Source: Thermoanaerobaculia bacterium (GTDB taxonomy: Bacteria > Acidobacteriota > Thermoanaerobaculia > UBA5066 > Gp7-AA6). From it: a stretch of DNA of 64,000 nt. The stretch lies in assembly GCA_036493875.1 (NCBI GenBank), contig DASXPB010000050.1, forward strand, positions 14,577-78,576, written 5' to 3'. The notes below the pieces were generated by a model, which saw only the letters and a list, made by a program, of their open reading frames with translations, searched no databases and was not told the origin of the DNA. Of this stretch, positions 1 through 12,254 are shown piece by piece; the first letter of the stretch is position 1, and each line of letters opens with the position of its first letter. A program made the position numbers and the translations under genes.

Positions 1-2316
1 GGCGCCGACCAGCAGGAACCGCGCGACCTCGCGCAGGATGAGCCCGCGGACCGCGGCGGGCGCCGCGCCGAGGGCCATGCGGACGCCGATCTCCCGTCGC
101 CGCTGCGCGACCGCGAAGGCCAGAACGCCATAGATGCCGATCGCGGCGAGCAGGGCCGCGAGGACCGCGAAGGAGACCGAGAGCAGCATCGTCAGCCGCC
201 GCGTCAGGAGCGACTCGCGCACCTGCGCCGAGAGAGTCTTCAGGTCCTCGACCGGGAGCTGCGGATCGAGCCGCCGCACGGCGGCGCGGAGGGTCTCGGC
301 GAGGCCGGAGGGGTCCTGCGCGCTGCGTACGTAGAACGTGAGCTCCGAGAGCTTCGGGTTCTGCAGGTACGGGAGGTAGGCGTACGGCGTGGGTTCCTCG
401 TCGACGTCCGAGCCCTTGCTGTCGGCCGCGATGCCCACGATCTCGATGTCCGGCTTGACGTCGGTTCCTCCGGTGCCGAACCTCCGGCCGAGCGCGTTCT
501 GACCCGGGAAGAAGCGGCGGGCGAAGGTCTCGTTCACCACCGCGACCTTGGGCGCAAGCGCGTCGTCGGTCCACGCGATCGAGCGGCCCGCGCGCAGGGG
601 AATTCCGAGCGTCACGAAGTAGTCGGGGCCGATCCGGTTCCGTCGCGAGTAGGCGAGGTCGCGCGGCGGCGCGGGCCCGTCCGTCACGACGCCGCCCCCC
701 GAGTCGTTGCCGGTCATCGTCCCGATCTGCGCCGCGGTCACCGTGCGCACGCCGGGCAGCGCCTGCAGGTCCTCGGTGAGCCGCCGCGCCAGGGTCATCG
801 TCCGATCGGACGGGTAGCCGATCAGCGCCGGGGAGACCGTGAAGGAGAGGACGTTCGTCGTGTTCAGTCCGAGGTCCACGCGGCCCAGGTTGCGCAGGCT
901 CTGCGCGAAGAGCCCGGCCGCGACCAGCAGGACGAGCGTCAGCGCGACCTGCGCGGTCACGAGCCCGCTGCGGAAGCGCAGCGCCTCGCGCCCGGGCGAC
1001 GTGCTGCCCCGGCCCTGCCCGCGCAGCGTCCGCGCCGGATCCAGCCGGGCGGCGCGGTACGCGGGACCGACGCCGAAGAGGACGCCGGCGACGACGGAGA
1101 CGAGCGCGCCGAATCCGAGCACGCGCGGGTCGATCTGGGCCGCGACCAGCCGCAGCTCGGCGCCGGTCGGGAGGGCGGACTGCAGCGCGTTCAAGACCCA
1201 CGACGCGAGCAGGAGGCCGAGCGCTCCGCCGGCGATCGAGAAGACGAGGCACTCGACGACGGACTGCCGGAGCAGCTGCGCGCGCCCGGCGCCGATCGCC
1301 AGGCGGATGCCGTACTCGCGCTGGCGCGCCGCGCCACGCGCCGCGAGCAGGCCCGCGAGGTTCGAGCACGCGATCATGAGGACGAGGAAGACCAGCCCCA
1401 TGAGGGAGACGAGCGGCTTGCGCACGCCCTCCTGGAGGACGAGGCGGCCGCGCGCGCCGGAGAGGAGCTCGAGCTTCCGGTTCAGGAATTCCTTGCGGCG
1501 GACGTCGTCCCAGCCGGTCATGCGGGGGAGCAGGTCCTCGAGCGTCGCCCGGTACGCCGGCGCGAGCGACCGCTCCGCCTCCGCGATCGAGACGCCGGGC
1601 TTCAGGCGGCCGACGATCTGGAGCCAGAAGTCCTTGGGATCGTCCAGACCGTTCCAGAACGGCGTCATCTGCGGCTTCATCATCATCGGCACGAAGACGT
1701 CGACCGGGCGGCCCGCCTGGATGCCGCCGAAGGAGGCCGTCGCGACGCCGACGACCGTGAGCGCCTGGCCGTTGACGATCAGCGGCCTGTCGAGCACCGA
1801 GCGATCGCCGCCGAAGCGCCGCTGCCAGTAGCCGTGCGAGAGGACCGCCACGGGGTGTGCGCCCTGCGTGCGGTCGTCGTCCGCGCCGAGCACCCGGCCG
1901 AGCGCGGGTGGGACGCCGAGGACGCCGAAGTAGTTGCCCGTCACGAGCTCGCCCGCCGCGCGCTCGGTCTCTCCGCGCGCCGCGACGCTGGCGTCGAAGG
2001 GAAGCTCGCCGATCAGCCCGCTGAAGGCGTGCCGGGAGGGCTCGAGGAGGTCGCGGTACAGGGGGTAGGACAGGGACGAGGCGTCGTCGCCGTCGCTCCA
2101 CGCATGTCCCTGGCGCGGTCCCGGCGAGCGGAAGAGGACGAGCTGTTGCGGGTCGCGGATCGGGAGGGCGCGCAGGAGCACCCGGTCCACGAGGGCGAAG
2201 ATGGCGGCGTTGGCGCCGATGCCGAGGGCCAGCGTCGCAATGGCGGCGGCCGCGAACCCGGGGCTCTTGCGGAGCCCGCGCAGCGCGTAGCGGAGGTCCT
2301 GCCAGAGAAACTTCAT
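1..2316 (-). CDS. ADOP-type duplicated FtsX/MacB-like ABC permease, paralog P12 (C-terminus lies beyond window start)
   Basis: Absent from the ORF track because there is no stop in the window. Reverse translation from ATG 2316-2314 reads [62 protein letters not shown]..., the same N-terminal motif as the 11 complete paralogs. The frame is still open at position 1, where it reads ...[49 protein letters not shown] (second FtsX signature). About 772 codons are present. Confidence 0.85.
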   Translation of the reverse strand, partial: MKFLWQDLRYALRGLRKSPGFAAAAIATLALGIGANAAIFALVDRVLLRALPIRDPQQLVLFRSPGPRQGHAWSDGDDASSLSYPLYRDLLEPSRHAFSGLIGELPFDASVAARGETERAAGELVTGNYFGVLGVPPALGRVLGADDDRTQGAHPVAVLSHGYWQRRFGGDRSVLDRPLIVNGQALTVVGVATASFGGIQAGRPVDVFVPMMMKPQMTPFWNGLDDPKDFWLQIVGRLKPGVSIAEAERSLAPAYRATLEDLLPRMTGWDDVRRKEFLNRKLELLSGARGRLVLQEGVRKPLVSLMGLVFLVLMIACSNLAGLLAARGAARQREYGIRLAIGAGRAQLLRQSVVECLVFSIAGGALGLLLASWVLNALQSALPTGAELRLVAAQIDPRVLGFGALVSVVAGVLFGVGPAYRAARLDPARTLRGQGRGSTSPGREALRFRSGLVTAQVALTLVLLVAAGLFAQSLRNLGRVDLGLNTTNVLSFTVSPALIGYPSDRTMTLARRLTEDLQALPGVRTVTAAQIGTMTGNDSGGGVVTDGPAPPRDLAYSRRNRIGPDYFVTLGIPLRAGRSIAWTDDALAPKVAVVNETFARRFFPGQNALGRRFGTGGTDVKPDIEIVGIAADSKGSDVDEEPTPYAYLPYLQNPKLSELTFYVRSAQDPSGLAETLRAAVRRLDPQLPVEDLKTLSAQVRESLLTRRLTMLLSVSFAVLAALLAAIGIYGVLAFAVAQRRREIGVRMALGAAPAAVRGLILREVARFLLVGA

Positions 2317-2332
2317 GGGCGGTTCCTTTCCG

Positions 2333-4759
2333 TCATTCCGCGCGCAGCGTCGTGATCGGGTCGACGCGAAGTGCGCGCCGCACCGGCGCGAGGGCCGAGA
2401 GAAGCGCCACGGCGACGATCAGGACCGACGCGGCGATGAGAACGATCGGGTCGTGAGGATCGACGCGAAAGAGCTGGCCGGCGATCCCTTTCGAGAGCAG
2501 GAGCGAGCCCGCGAGGCCTACGGCGACGCCCGCCAGCGTGAGACGCAGTGTCCGCGCGGAGACCAGCCCGACGATGCTCTGCCGGCTGGCGCCGAGCGCG
2601 ACCCGGATGCCGATCTCGCGCGTGCGCTGGCCCACGAAGCCGGAGAGCACTCCGAAGATTCCGACCGAGGCGAGCAGCGACGCCAGCAGGGCGAAGGCGC
2701 CCAGCAGGCCGGCGGAGAAGCGGTGGGGCGCGGCGGAGCCGGACAGGACGCGCTCCATGGTCGCCACGCGAGTGATGGGCTGGTCGGCATCGATCCGTGT
2801 GATCGCCGCGCGGATGGGGCCCGCGAGCCGATCGGGGTTCGCGGCGCGGACGACGAGCACCATGAAGTTGTCGACGAACTGCGACCGCGGCAAGTAGATC
2901 TGCGGAGTCTCGGGCGCGTCGAGCGCGGTGTGGCGCACGCTGCCCACGACGCCGACGACCGTGCGCCACGGCCCGTCGTTGCCTCCGATCCGGACGCGCT
3001 TGCCAATCGGATCCTCGCCCGGCCAGACCCTGCGGCCGAGGGCGCCGTTGATCAAGACCACCGGCGGAGAGTCCGCGCGGTCCGCCGGCGAGAATCCGCG
3101 GCCCCGGAGGACTGGGATGCCCATCGTGCGGAGATAGTCGGCGCTCACCCCGTACCGGTCGGCGCTCGGGTCCGCGTCCGGATTGGTGGAGGGCTTGTCC
3201 TGCGCGTGGACCCCGTAGCCGTCGAAGTTGCCGCCCAGGGGAAGCTGGCTTACGAGGCCGGCGCTCTGGACGCCGGGGAGCGCGGCCACCCGCTCCAAGA
3301 CCTGGTCCCAGAACGCCGTGACCGCGGGGTCTTCGGCATAGCGGGCGCCCGTCACGTCCACCTCCATGGTCAGCAGACCGGCACTTCGGAAACCAGGATC
3401 CACGCGCAGCAGTCGGGAGGTGCTCTTCAGGAGCAGAAGGGCGCCGCTCAGGAGGATGAGGGCGAGCGCGACGTCGAAGACGACCAGCGAGCCCCCGAAG
3501 CGCCGGGCGCTTCGCCCGGCCGAGGCGCCCGAGGACTCCCGCAGCACCGGCTCGACGTGCAGCCGGCTCATCCGCATCGCCGGCAGGATTCCGAAGAGGA
3601 GGCCCGTGAGCACCGAGACCCCCAAAGTGAACAGCAGAACGGCGCCCTCCAGCCGGACGGCGCCGAGTCGCGGGAGATTGGCCGGTGCCAGGCCGACCAG
3701 GGTCTGCAGGGTCCAGGCAGCGGTCAGGAGCCCGAGCGCGCCTCCCAAGAGCGCGAGAACCAGGGCCTCCACCAGGAAGAGGGCGGTGATTCGGGCCCGC
3801 GACGCTCCGAGTGCCGTGCGCAGGGCGACTTCCTTGCGGCGGCGGCCGGCGCGCGCGAGCAGTAGGCTCGCCACGTTGGCGCATCCGATGAGCAGAACCA
3901 ATCCGACCGCTGCGAACAACGTCCACAGGAGCGGCCGCGCGCGCGCCGTCAAAGCGGCCGCGAACGGCTTCACGAAGACGCCGGTCGCCGAGTACTCGGT
4001 CGGGTATTCACGGAGGAGCGTCGAGGAGATTGCCGTCAACTCGGCCTCCGCCTGCTCCCGCGTCACGCCCGGGCCGAGCCGCGCGATCGTGCGGAGGTGC
4101 CGGCACGTGCGGCAGGCCTGCGGGAGGCCGGCGTCGTAGCCCAATGCGCCGAAGATCTCGGTGGGCTTGGTCGGATCCGCGGCGAAGACGGACTCGAAGT
4201 CGCGCGGGAGCACGCCGGCGACGAGATACGCGTTGTCGCCGAGGCGGACGGTCTTACCCGCGATCCTCGGGTCGGCTGCGAAGCGTCGTCTCCAAAGGCC
4301 GTCGGAGAGGAGCACGACGCGGTTGGCGCCGGGGACGTCCTCGGCGGGCAGGAAGTCGCGCCCCAGCGCGGGACGCACGCCGAGCAGCCGGAAGAAGGCC
4401 TGCGAGACGCGCAGTCCCTCGATACGCTCGGCGGCGGCGCCGGGGCTGGCGGAGAGCTTCGGCATCCAATAGGCCGCCACGGCGATTTCGTCGAAGGAGC
4501 GGCTCCGGCCGCGCCAGTCGCGGTACGTGGCGTAGCCAGTGTTCGTGGCCTCGCCGTCCTGGTCGCGCTCCTGGACCACCACGAGCCGGTCGGGCTGCGC
4601 GAAGGGAAGCGGACGCAGCAGCACGCCCCGCACGACCGAGAAGATGGCGGTGTTGGCGCCGATCGCGAGGGCGAGGGTAGCGACCGCGGTGGCCGTGAAG
4701 CCGGGACTTCGGCGGAGGCCTCGAAGCACGTAGCGCAGGTCCTGCGACAGGAACTTCAT
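2333..4759 (-). CDS. ADOP-type duplicated FtsX/MacB-like ABC permease, paralog P11 (808 aa)
   Basis: Track ORF 2333..4945 trimmed to the in-frame ATG at 4759: [41 protein letters not shown]. Two FtsX signatures ([32 protein letters not shown] and [17 protein letters not shown]). C-terminus [16 protein letters not shown]. Purine-rich SD-like GAAGGAAGA lies upstream. Confidence 0.9.
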   Translation of the reverse strand: MKFLSQDLRYVLRGLRRSPGFTATAVATLALAIGANTAIFSVVRGVLLRPLPFAQPDRLVVVQERDQDGEATNTGYATYRDWRGRSRSFDEIAVAAYWMPKLSASPGAAAERIEGLRVSQAFFRLLGVRPALGRDFLPAEDVPGANRVVLLSDGLWRRRFAADPRIAGKTVRLGDNAYLVAGVLPRDFESVFAADPTKPTEIFGALGYDAGLPQACRTCRHLRTIARLGPGVTREQAEAELTAISSTLLREYPTEYSATGVFVKPFAAALTARARPLLWTLFAAVGLVLLIGCANVASLLLARAGRRRKEVALRTALGASRARITALFLVEALVLALLGGALGLLTAAWTLQTLVGLAPANLPRLGAVRLEGAVLLFTLGVSVLTGLLFGILPAMRMSRLHVEPVLRESSGASAGRSARRFGGSLVVFDVALALILLSGALLLLKSTSRLLRVDPGFRSAGLLTMEVDVTGARYAEDPAVTAFWDQVLERVAALPGVQSAGLVSQLPLGGNFDGYGVHAQDKPSTNPDADPSADRYGVSADYLRTMGIPVLRGRGFSPADRADSPPVVLINGALGRRVWPGEDPIGKRVRIGGNDGPWRTVVGVVGSVRHTALDAPETPQIYLPRSQFVDNFMVLVVRAANPDRLAGPIRAAITRIDADQPITRVATMERVLSGSAAPHRFSAGLLGAFALLASLLASVGIFGVLSGFVGQRTREIGIRVALGASRQSIVGLVSARTLRLTLAGVAVGLAGSLLLSKGIAGQLFRVDPHDPIVLIAASVLIVAVALLSALAPVRRALRVDPITTLRAE

Positions 4760-4781
4760 AGGGGGTCCTTTCGGTCTTCCT

Positions 4782-7253
4782 TCATTCGGTCCGGAGCGCC
4801 ACCATGGGATCGACCCGCGCCGCGCGCCGCGCCGGGAGATAGCTCGCCAGCGCGGCGACGCCGACGAGGAGAACCACGGCCGAGACCAGCGAGACGGGAT
4901 CGTTCGCCGGAAGGCCCACCAGGAGGGCTGCGACCAGTCGCGCAAAGGCGAATACGCCCGCGGCGCCCAGCGCCGCGCCGATCAGGGCGAGCCGCGCACC
5001 CTGCGCGACGACGGCGCGAGCCACCTGCCGGGCGTCCGCTCCGAGCGCCATGCGGATCGCGATCTCGCGCGTCCTCCGGCCGACGGAGTAGGCCAGGAGC
5101 CCGTAGAGGCCGATGGCCGTCAGGAGAAGGGCGATCGCGCCGAGCGCGACGAGGACGGTCCCCGCCACCCGCACGGGCTGGAAGGCGTAGTCGAGCCACT
5201 CCGTCAGAGGCCGGTCCTCGCTGATCGGAACGTTCGGGTCCACGGCCGCGATCTCCTGCCGAATCCGAGGCAGGAGCGCCCGCGGATCGCCGGACACGCG
5301 GACGTGCGTGCGCGAGTCTACGGGGCTCTCGTCGATCGTGGGCAGCTGCCAGAAGCTCCTGTAGACGAAGGGGACCGCGGGCTGGGCGGCGCTGCGGTAC
5401 TGGGCGTCCTGCGCGACACCGACCACCCGGAGCGCGCTCCCATCGACGACCAGGGTTCGTCCGACTCCGCCGCCGTCGGGCCAGAGCGCGTGTGCGAGAG
5501 TCGCGCTGACGATGGCGACCTCGGGCGCTCCGCGGTGGTCGCGCTCGGCGAACTCCCGGCCCTCGAGGAGGCGGACGCCCAGGGTCTCGAAGTATCGCGG
5601 CCCGACCCAGTTGGTCGGGACCTGGAGGGCATTCTCGGGGCGATCCGGCTCGTGACCGGGCAGCCAGAGCGGGACACGGGAACCCCAGTACAGCTTCGCC
5701 GGCATCGAGCCCGGCACGGGCGGCGACTGTGCCGGGCTCGCGGAAACGACTCCGGGGATGTCCGTGAGTCGGCGAAGAACCTCGCGCTGGAACGCCTGCG
5801 CCTTCTGCGGGTCGTACGCCACGAGCGAGGGGCGGAGGCGCAGGAGGACGATCGGCGAGGGATCGAACCCGGGTCCCCGATACACCCGGTCGAGGCTGCG
5901 CAGCAGGAGGCCGGCGCCCGCGGCGAGCATCAGCGAGATCGCGACCTGGGAGACGACGAGGGCGTTGCGGAGGCGCGAGGAGTCCGCACCCTTCGGCGCA
6001 GACTCCTTGAGTGACGCGACGACGGGAAGCCGGACGGCCTGGAACGCCGGAGCCAGCCCGAAGAGGATGCCGGTGAGGACGGTCGTGATCGACGCGACCG
6101 CGAGGACCGCGGGATCGACGGCCAGAGCGAAGTACGCCCGTCTGCCCTCGGAGTCGGCGGAGTAGAGCGCCGCGATGAGGTCCTTGGCCCAGAAAGCGAC
6201 CAGCACGCCGAGGAGGCCGCCGAAGACCGAGAGCAGGAGGCTCTCGCTCAGCAGCTGGCGGAGCAGCCGCCAGCGTCCGGCGCCGAGCGCCGTGCGAATC
6301 GCGATCTCCCGGCGCCGGGTCGTGGCTCGGGCCATGAGCAGGCCGGCCAGGTTCGCGCAGGCGACGGCGAGGATGAGCGCCGCGACGGTCAGGAGGAGCG
6401 GCGCGACGCCGGCGATCTCGCTGCGGTACTCGGGATCCACGCCGCGTGCCGGCGTCACGTGGAGCGCCCGGCCGCCGTTCGTCTTCGGGTAAGCGACCGC
6501 GAGGGCGGCGGCCTCGACGTCGAGCTCTCGCCTCGCCTGGGCGATCGAGCGCCCCGGGGCGAGCCGCCCGAGCATCGTGACGACATTGCAGCCGCGCTCG
6601 AAGGCGTCGCAGTAGCGGTATCCGACGTGAAACATCGCCGTCGGGATCCAGACGTCCGTGGCGAGACCGCCGAGCGGGACGCCGTGAAAGTCCCGAGGCG
6701 CGACGCCCACGATCGTGAAGAGTGTCCCGTTCAGTCGAACGACACGGCCGAGAATCTGCGGGTCCGCGTCGAACGCCTGCCGCCAGAGCCCGTAGCCGAT
6801 CACCGCGACCGCGTCGCGGTCCGGCACTCGGTCCTCCTCGGGCGAGAAGAAGCGTCCGAGGTGGGGCCTCAGGCCGAGGACCTCGAAGTAGCTGGCGGTC
6901 GCGACGCTGCCGTTGATCTCGCGCGACTCCCCGCGCGTCGCGAGATTGATGGGCGCGTGGGAGTAGTGCGCGGCGAGGCCGGAGAAGCTGCGGGTGTGCG
7001 CACGGTATTGCAGGTAGTCGAGGTAGGAGAGGTTGAAATGTTCGCCGGGGTTGCGGGTCTGGTAGATCTCGACGAGCCGCGAGGGATCCTTCGCCGGCAG
7101 CGTCCGCAGGTAGAGCGCGTCGACGAGACTGGCGATCGTCGTGCTCGCACCGATGCCCAGCCCGAGGATGAGCACCGCGATACACGAGAATCCGGGGCTC
7201 TTGCGCATGCCCCGCAGAGCGAACCGGAGGTCTTGCCAGAGCCCCGTCCTCAT
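4782..7253 (-). CDS. ADOP-type duplicated FtsX/MacB-like ABC permease, paralog P10 (823 aa)
   Basis: Track ORF 4782..7619 trimmed to ATG at 7253: [42 protein letters not shown]. Signatures [32 protein letters not shown] and [17 protein letters not shown]. Ends [16 protein letters not shown]. The ATG overlaps the upstream stop (ATGA, 7250-7253). Confidence 0.9.
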   Translation of the reverse strand: MRTGLWQDLRFALRGMRKSPGFSCIAVLILGLGIGASTTIASLVDALYLRTLPAKDPSRLVEIYQTRNPGEHFNLSYLDYLQYRAHTRSFSGLAAHYSHAPINLATRGESREINGSVATASYFEVLGLRPHLGRFFSPEEDRVPDRDAVAVIGYGLWRQAFDADPQILGRVVRLNGTLFTIVGVAPRDFHGVPLGGLATDVWIPTAMFHVGYRYCDAFERGCNVVTMLGRLAPGRSIAQARRELDVEAAALAVAYPKTNGGRALHVTPARGVDPEYRSEIAGVAPLLLTVAALILAVACANLAGLLMARATTRRREIAIRTALGAGRWRLLRQLLSESLLLSVFGGLLGVLVAFWAKDLIAALYSADSEGRRAYFALAVDPAVLAVASITTVLTGILFGLAPAFQAVRLPVVASLKESAPKGADSSRLRNALVVSQVAISLMLAAGAGLLLRSLDRVYRGPGFDPSPIVLLRLRPSLVAYDPQKAQAFQREVLRRLTDIPGVVSASPAQSPPVPGSMPAKLYWGSRVPLWLPGHEPDRPENALQVPTNWVGPRYFETLGVRLLEGREFAERDHRGAPEVAIVSATLAHALWPDGGGVGRTLVVDGSALRVVGVAQDAQYRSAAQPAVPFVYRSFWQLPTIDESPVDSRTHVRVSGDPRALLPRIRQEIAAVDPNVPISEDRPLTEWLDYAFQPVRVAGTVLVALGAIALLLTAIGLYGLLAYSVGRRTREIAIRMALGADARQVARAVVAQGARLALIGAALGAAGVFAFARLVAALLVGLPANDPVSLVSAVVLLVGVAALASYLPARRAARVDPMVALRTE

Positions 7254-9745
7254 TCGCTCCTCAGCGTCTCGATCGGATCGATGCGGGCGGCGCGGCGGGC
7301 GGGGAAGTATCCGGCGAGCATCGCGACTGCCGCCATCAGCACGATCCCGCCGGCGAACACGGAGGCGTCGGCGGCGCGCACGCCGAAGAGGATCGACTCG
7401 ATTCCGCGCGCGACGACCCACGCCGCCGGCAGGCCGAGCAGGCCGCCGACGAGCAGCATCCGCCCGACCTCTCCGAGCACCATGCGCCGGACGCGGCGCG
7501 AGTCCGCGCCGAGCGCGATCCGCACGCCGATCTCCCGGCGACGCTGAGCGACGGAGAATGCGAGCACGCCGTAGATGCCGACGGCCGCCAGCAGGGCCGC
7601 CAGCCCGCCGAACGCCCACGAAAGCAGGAACGTCACGCGGTCCGTGAGGAGCGTCTCGTGGACGCGCGACTCGAGGGTGGTCGCGTCGTAAACGGGGATC
7701 CGCGGATCGAGGCGGGCCACCGTCTGCTGCGCGGCCGCGATCAGCGAGGCAGGGGGTGCGGTGGATCGGACGTAGAAGGTCAGCGAGCCGAGCTTGTCCT
7801 GCCCGAACGACTGGGCGTACGGGTGATAGGCGAACGGATGCGCGGGCTCCGCGACCGTGGCGCCCTTGCTGTCCGCGACGACGCCCACGATTTCGATCGT
7901 GGCGGCGGTGCCGCGGAGCCCGATCCGCTCTCCGATAGGAGTCCGGCCGGGGAAGAAGCGCCGCGCGAAGGTCTCGTTGACGATCGCGACGGGAGACGCT
8001 TTCGCGTCGTCTTCGTCACGGAAGTCCCGGCCGGCGAGCAGCGGGATCCCGAGCGTCTTGAAGTACCCGGGGCCGACGAAGTTGCGCCACGTCTCGACGG
8101 TGTCGGCCGGCGCGTGCGACGCAAAGAAGTTGTTGGTCCAGTTGCTGTTTGCCATGTTGGGGACCGCGGCCGCGGAAGCCGACTCGCTTCCCGGAAGGCG
8201 CGAGAGCTCGTCGATGACTCTGTGGCCGAGCCGAACCGTCTCCTCCGGCGAGTAGCCGGCGAGGTCCGGCGAGATCGAGAATGCGGCGACGCCGGACGGC
8301 CGGAACCCCAGGTTGACCTGCAGGAGGTTCCCGAGGCTCTTCGCGAAGAGGCCCGCCGCGACCAGGAGGACCAACGTCAACGCGACCTGCGCGGTCACCA
8401 TCCACGTCCGCAGATGGATGGCCTCCCGGCCGGCCGAGGACCGACCCTCGCCGCGCAGCACGCGGAACGGGTCGAGCCGCGAGACGCGAAACGCCGGCCC
8501 CGCGCCGAACAGCGCGCCGGCCAACAGCGCGAGCGCCGCCGCGAACGCCACGACGCGCAGGTCGATGCCGGCGGATAGCAGCCGCAGGTCGGCGTCGGGC
8601 GGGAAGAGCGAGAGCAGGCCGTGGAGCGTCCACGTGGAGACGGCGAGGCCCAGCGCGCCTCCCAGGACCGAGAACGCCAGGCACTCGACGAGCGACTGGC
8701 GGACCAGCCGGCCGGGGCTCGCGCCCATGGCCACGCGGATCCCGTACTCCCGCTGCCGCGAGACGCCGCGCGCCGCGAGGAGACCGGCGAGGTTGGTGCA
8801 CGCGATGAGGAGCACGACGCCGACCATGCCCATCAGAGCGAGCAGCGGGGTACCGAGCCGGTCGCGCAGCACGGCCCGACCGCCCCCGCCCCGGCGGAGC
8901 TCGATCCGGCGTGCCAGGAAATCGCGCTTCTGTTGATCGTTCCAGTTGTTGATGGTCGGCAGGACCTCGGTGAGCAGCGGCCGATACACGGCGGTCAACG
9001 AGGCCGCGGCCTGGCTCGGGGCGACGCCGGGCCTCAGGCGGCCGATGAGCTGGACCCAATAGTTCTTGGGATCGTCGAGACCATCCCAGGTCGGCGTCAT
9101 CGCGGCCTTCATCGTCATCGGCACGAAGACGTCGGGCCGGCGGCCGGGCTGGACGCCCTCGAAGCGCGGCGCCGCGACGCCGACGACCGTGAGCGGGGTG
9201 CCGTTGACCGAGATCGCCTCGCCGAGGATCGCCTTCGCGGCGCCGAAGCGCCGCGTCCAGTAGCCGTATGAGAGCACGGCCACGGGATGCGCGCCGCGAG
9301 CGGTGTCGTCCGAGGCCGAGAGGACCCGTCCCGCCGCCGCGCCGACTCCGAGGACCGAGAAGAAGTTGCCCGACACGAGCTCTCCGACGGCCCGCTCCGT
9401 GCGGCCCCCGGCCGCGACGCTCGCGTCGAAGGGGTAGGTCGCGAGCAGCCCCGCGAGCACCGTGTTCTGGTCGCGTAGCTCGCGGTAGGCCGGGTAGGAG
9501 AACGACGCCGCCGAGTCGCCGTCGCTCCAGGCCTGCCCCTGGCGCGGCCCGGGCGAGCGCAGGAGCACCAGCTGGCCGGGATCGCGCACGGGCAGCGCGC
9601 GGATCAGCACGCGGTCCACGAGCGCGAAGATCGCGGCGTTTGCGCCGATGCCGAGCGCGAGCGTCGCGACCGCGGCCGCCGCGAACGCCGGGTTGCGCCG
9701 GAGCCCCCGGAGCGCGTAACGCAGGTCCTGGAGAAGGAATGTCAT
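7250..9745 (-). CDS. ADOP-type duplicated FtsX/MacB-like ABC permease, paralog P9 (831 aa)
   Basis: Track ORF 7250..9787 trimmed to ATG at 9745: [52 protein letters not shown]. Signatures [32 protein letters not shown] and [17 protein letters not shown]. Ends [24 protein letters not shown] lies 6 nt upstream. Confidence 0.9.
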   Translation of the reverse strand: MTFLLQDLRYALRGLRRNPAFAAAAVATLALGIGANAAIFALVDRVLIRALPVRDPGQLVLLRSPGPRQGQAWSDGDSAASFSYPAYRELRDQNTVLAGLLATYPFDASVAAGGRTERAVGELVSGNFFSVLGVGAAAGRVLSASDDTARGAHPVAVLSYGYWTRRFGAAKAILGEAISVNGTPLTVVGVAAPRFEGVQPGRRPDVFVPMTMKAAMTPTWDGLDDPKNYWVQLIGRLRPGVAPSQAAASLTAVYRPLLTEVLPTINNWNDQQKRDFLARRIELRRGGGGRAVLRDRLGTPLLALMGMVGVVLLIACTNLAGLLAARGVSRQREYGIRVAMGASPGRLVRQSLVECLAFSVLGGALGLAVSTWTLHGLLSLFPPDADLRLLSAGIDLRVVAFAAALALLAGALFGAGPAFRVSRLDPFRVLRGEGRSSAGREAIHLRTWMVTAQVALTLVLLVAAGLFAKSLGNLLQVNLGFRPSGVAAFSISPDLAGYSPEETVRLGHRVIDELSRLPGSESASAAAVPNMANSNWTNNFFASHAPADTVETWRNFVGPGYFKTLGIPLLAGRDFRDEDDAKASPVAIVNETFARRFFPGRTPIGERIGLRGTAATIEIVGVVADSKGATVAEPAHPFAYHPYAQSFGQDKLGSLTFYVRSTAPPASLIAAAQQTVARLDPRIPVYDATTLESRVHETLLTDRVTFLLSWAFGGLAALLAAVGIYGVLAFSVAQRRREIGVRIALGADSRRVRRMVLGEVGRMLLVGGLLGLPAAWVVARGIESILFGVRAADASVFAGGIVLMAAVAMLAGYFPARRAARIDPIETLRSE

Positions 9746-9820
9746 GCGGCCTCCCTTCGGCGTACGCGGTCCGTCGCCGCGATCCATCGGCCCCTCGCCT
9801 CGCCGGAGCTCATCGCGACC

Positions 9821-12250
9821 TCACTCCGCCCTCAGCGCCTCGCTCGGGTCGATCCGCGTCGCGCGACGGGCGGGAACCCAGACGGCGAGGATCGCCGTTG
9901 CGGCCAGGACCGCGATGACCGCGGCGAACGTCAAGGGGTCGCGCGGCGAGACGCCATGCAGCGCCGCCGACATCAGACGCGTCGCCGCCAGCGCGGCCGC
10001 GGCTCCGGCGGCGAGGCCGACGCCGATGGGAAGGAGACCGTGCCGGGCGGACACGAGGAGGACGTCCCGCGGCGTTGCGCCGAGCGCAATGCGGACGCCG
10101 AACTCCGCCGTGCGCTGCGCGACGAAGTAGGCGATCACGCCGTAGATCCCGATCGCCGCGAGAAGGAGCCCGACCGCTCCGAGCGTGGTCAGCAGAATCG
10201 TCAGGAACCGCTCCTCGGCGAGCGCGGAGCGAAGCCTCTCGCGCATCGTGCGGACGTCGTAGAGCGGCGTCTCGGGCGACGTGCGGCGCAGCGCCTCTCG
10301 CAGAGACGGCGCGAGCGTGTCGGCGTGCCCGTTGGCCGCGCGCGCGACGATCGTCACGGTGCGCTGGACCCAGTCCCAGGCGACGTCCGGAGCCTGCGCC
10401 GCCGGCAGGTAGAACTCCGGATAGATGTCCTCCTCGGGTCCCCGCGAGCGCACGTCGCCGGCGACGCCGATCACGGTCTTGGGACGCGGGTCCTCGGGCG
10501 AGCCTTCGCAGCAGAGCAGCCGCCTGCCGACCGGATCCTGGCCGGGCCAGATCCTCTCAGCCAGAGCGCGGCTGAGGATCACGGAGAGCGGGGCGCCAGC
10601 CCGGTCCGCGTCGGAGAACGCTCGGCCGGCGACGATCGGAACGCGAAGCGCCGAGAAGTAGCCGTCCGTGACGATCCGCAGACGGGCGTCGACGACCCGG
10701 TTCATGTCGAGCCCCCATTCCTCGGCGAGGATGCCGTTCGAGTTGCCGCCCGGCCCGAGCGGGACCTGGGTCGAGATCGCGGCGCGCGAGACGTTCGGCA
10801 CCACCGCAAGCTCCTCGTCGAGCCGCCGGATCGCGAGTCGCATCGAGTCGGCGTCGGCCGAAGGCGGGAGCGTGAGCGAGGCCGTCAGGACGCCGTCCAT
10901 GTCGAAGCCCGGGGCGACCCGCTGGAGGTGGAGGGCCGTGCGGATCAGGAGGCCGGCGCCGACCAGCAGGGTCACCGCGAGCGCGACCTGGGCGGCGACG
11001 AGGACCGTCCGGACGCGGTCGCGGCGCCCGCCGCGTCTCACCCCGCGGCCGCCCTCGCGCAGCGCCCCCTGCATGTCGCGTCGCGCGAGGCTCGCCGCGG
11101 GCAACAGGCCGAAGAGGAGGCTCGCGCCGAGCGACAGCGCCGCCGCGAACGCGAGCACGCCGGCGTCGACTCCCGCCTGCTCGATCCGCGGCACGCCGGC
11201 CGGGCTCGCCGCCACGAGCGCCTGGACGGCGAAAGCGGCGAGCACGACGCCGAGCGATCCGCCCGCGAGCCCGAGCACGACACACTCCGTCAGGAGCAGC
11301 CGGGCGATCCGCCCCCTCGAGGCGCCGAGCGCCGCGCGGACGGTGAGCTCGCGCGCGCGGGTGGCGCCGCGGGCGAGCAGCATGTTCGACACGTTGGTGC
11401 ACGCGATGAGCAGGACCAGGCCCACGGCGCCCATGAGGATGAGAAGTCGGGTCCGGTAGTCCTCGACCAGGAGGTCGCGGACCCGCTCGAGACGGAAGCC
11501 GCGCCCGCTCATGTCCTTGGGGTAGCGCGTGCGCAGCTCCGCGGCGATCGCGTCCGCCTCGAGGTTCGCCTGCGCCAGGGTCACGCCCGGCCCGAGCCGC
11601 CCGAGCACGGTCCGGTTGTGGCGGTCGTGGTCGGCGAAGTCCTCCGGCGTCAGTCCGGCGGGGACCCAGAGCTGCTCGTTGTCCGCGGTGTAGTCGAACG
11701 CCTCGGGCGTGACGCCGACGACCGTGTGCGGTTGGCCGTCGATCCGGATGGTCCGTCCCACGACGTCGGGAGCCCCGCCGAACCGCGCCCGCCAGAGACG
11801 GTGGCTGAGGACGACGACCGGGGCCCCGCCCGGACGGTCCTCGTCGGCGGCGAAGACGCGGCCCCGGATCGGCGAGACGCCGAACACGCGGAAGAAGTCG
11901 GACGTGACCCGCGCGCCCTGGACGCGCTCCGGTTCGCCGGACTCGGCGAGATTGAAGCTGCCGTAGCGGGCGGCGGCCAGGGCCTCGAACGAGCGCGCCG
12001 AACGCTTCAGGTCGGTGAAGTTGCCCGCCGCGACGCCGCCGCGCCGCCCGTTCCAGGTCTCGACGACGAAGACGACGCGGTCGGGCTGATCGAACGGAAG
12101 CGGGCGGAGGATCACGGCCTCGACGAGACCGAAGATCGCGGCGTTCGCGCCGATGCCGAGCGCGAGCGTCGCGACCGCGGCCGCGGCGAACGCGGGGTTG
12201 CGACGAAGTCCGCGGAGGGCGTAGCGAAGGTCCTGCATCAGCGCGCCCAT
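9821..12250 (-). CDS. ADOP-type duplicated FtsX/MacB-like ABC permease, paralog P8 (809 aa)
   Basis: [41 protein letters not shown]. Signatures LLIACTNVSNMLLARGATRARELTVRAALGAS and [17 protein letters not shown]. Ends ARRATRIDPSEALRAE. Starts 4 nt after the stop of the ATPase gene at 12255. Confidence 0.9.
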   Translation of the reverse strand: MGALMQDLRYALRGLRRNPAFAAAAVATLALGIGANAAIFGLVEAVILRPLPFDQPDRVVFVVETWNGRRGGVAAGNFTDLKRSARSFEALAAARYGSFNLAESGEPERVQGARVTSDFFRVFGVSPIRGRVFAADEDRPGGAPVVVLSHRLWRARFGGAPDVVGRTIRIDGQPHTVVGVTPEAFDYTADNEQLWVPAGLTPEDFADHDRHNRTVLGRLGPGVTLAQANLEADAIAAELRTRYPKDMSGRGFRLERVRDLLVEDYRTRLLILMGAVGLVLLIACTNVSNMLLARGATRARELTVRAALGASRGRIARLLLTECVVLGLAGGSLGVVLAAFAVQALVAASPAGVPRIEQAGVDAGVLAFAAALSLGASLLFGLLPAASLARRDMQGALREGGRGVRRGGRRDRVRTVLVAAQVALAVTLLVGAGLLIRTALHLQRVAPGFDMDGVLTASLTLPPSADADSMRLAIRRLDEELAVVPNVSRAAISTQVPLGPGGNSNGILAEEWGLDMNRVVDARLRIVTDGYFSALRVPIVAGRAFSDADRAGAPLSVILSRALAERIWPGQDPVGRRLLCCEGSPEDPRPKTVIGVAGDVRSRGPEEDIYPEFYLPAAQAPDVAWDWVQRTVTIVARAANGHADTLAPSLREALRRTSPETPLYDVRTMRERLRSALAEERFLTILLTTLGAVGLLLAAIGIYGVIAYFVAQRTAEFGVRIALGATPRDVLLVSARHGLLPIGVGLAAGAAAALAATRLMSAALHGVSPRDPLTFAAVIAVLAATAILAVWVPARRATRIDPSEALRAE

Positions 12251-12254
12251 GGCG

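Noticed and set aside
2313-3926. ORFs 2313..3926 (-), 2315..3865 (+) and similar 100-500 aa ORFs overlapping every permease gene
   Set aside because: These are alternative frames of the ADOP genes with compositionally biased translations and no independent support.
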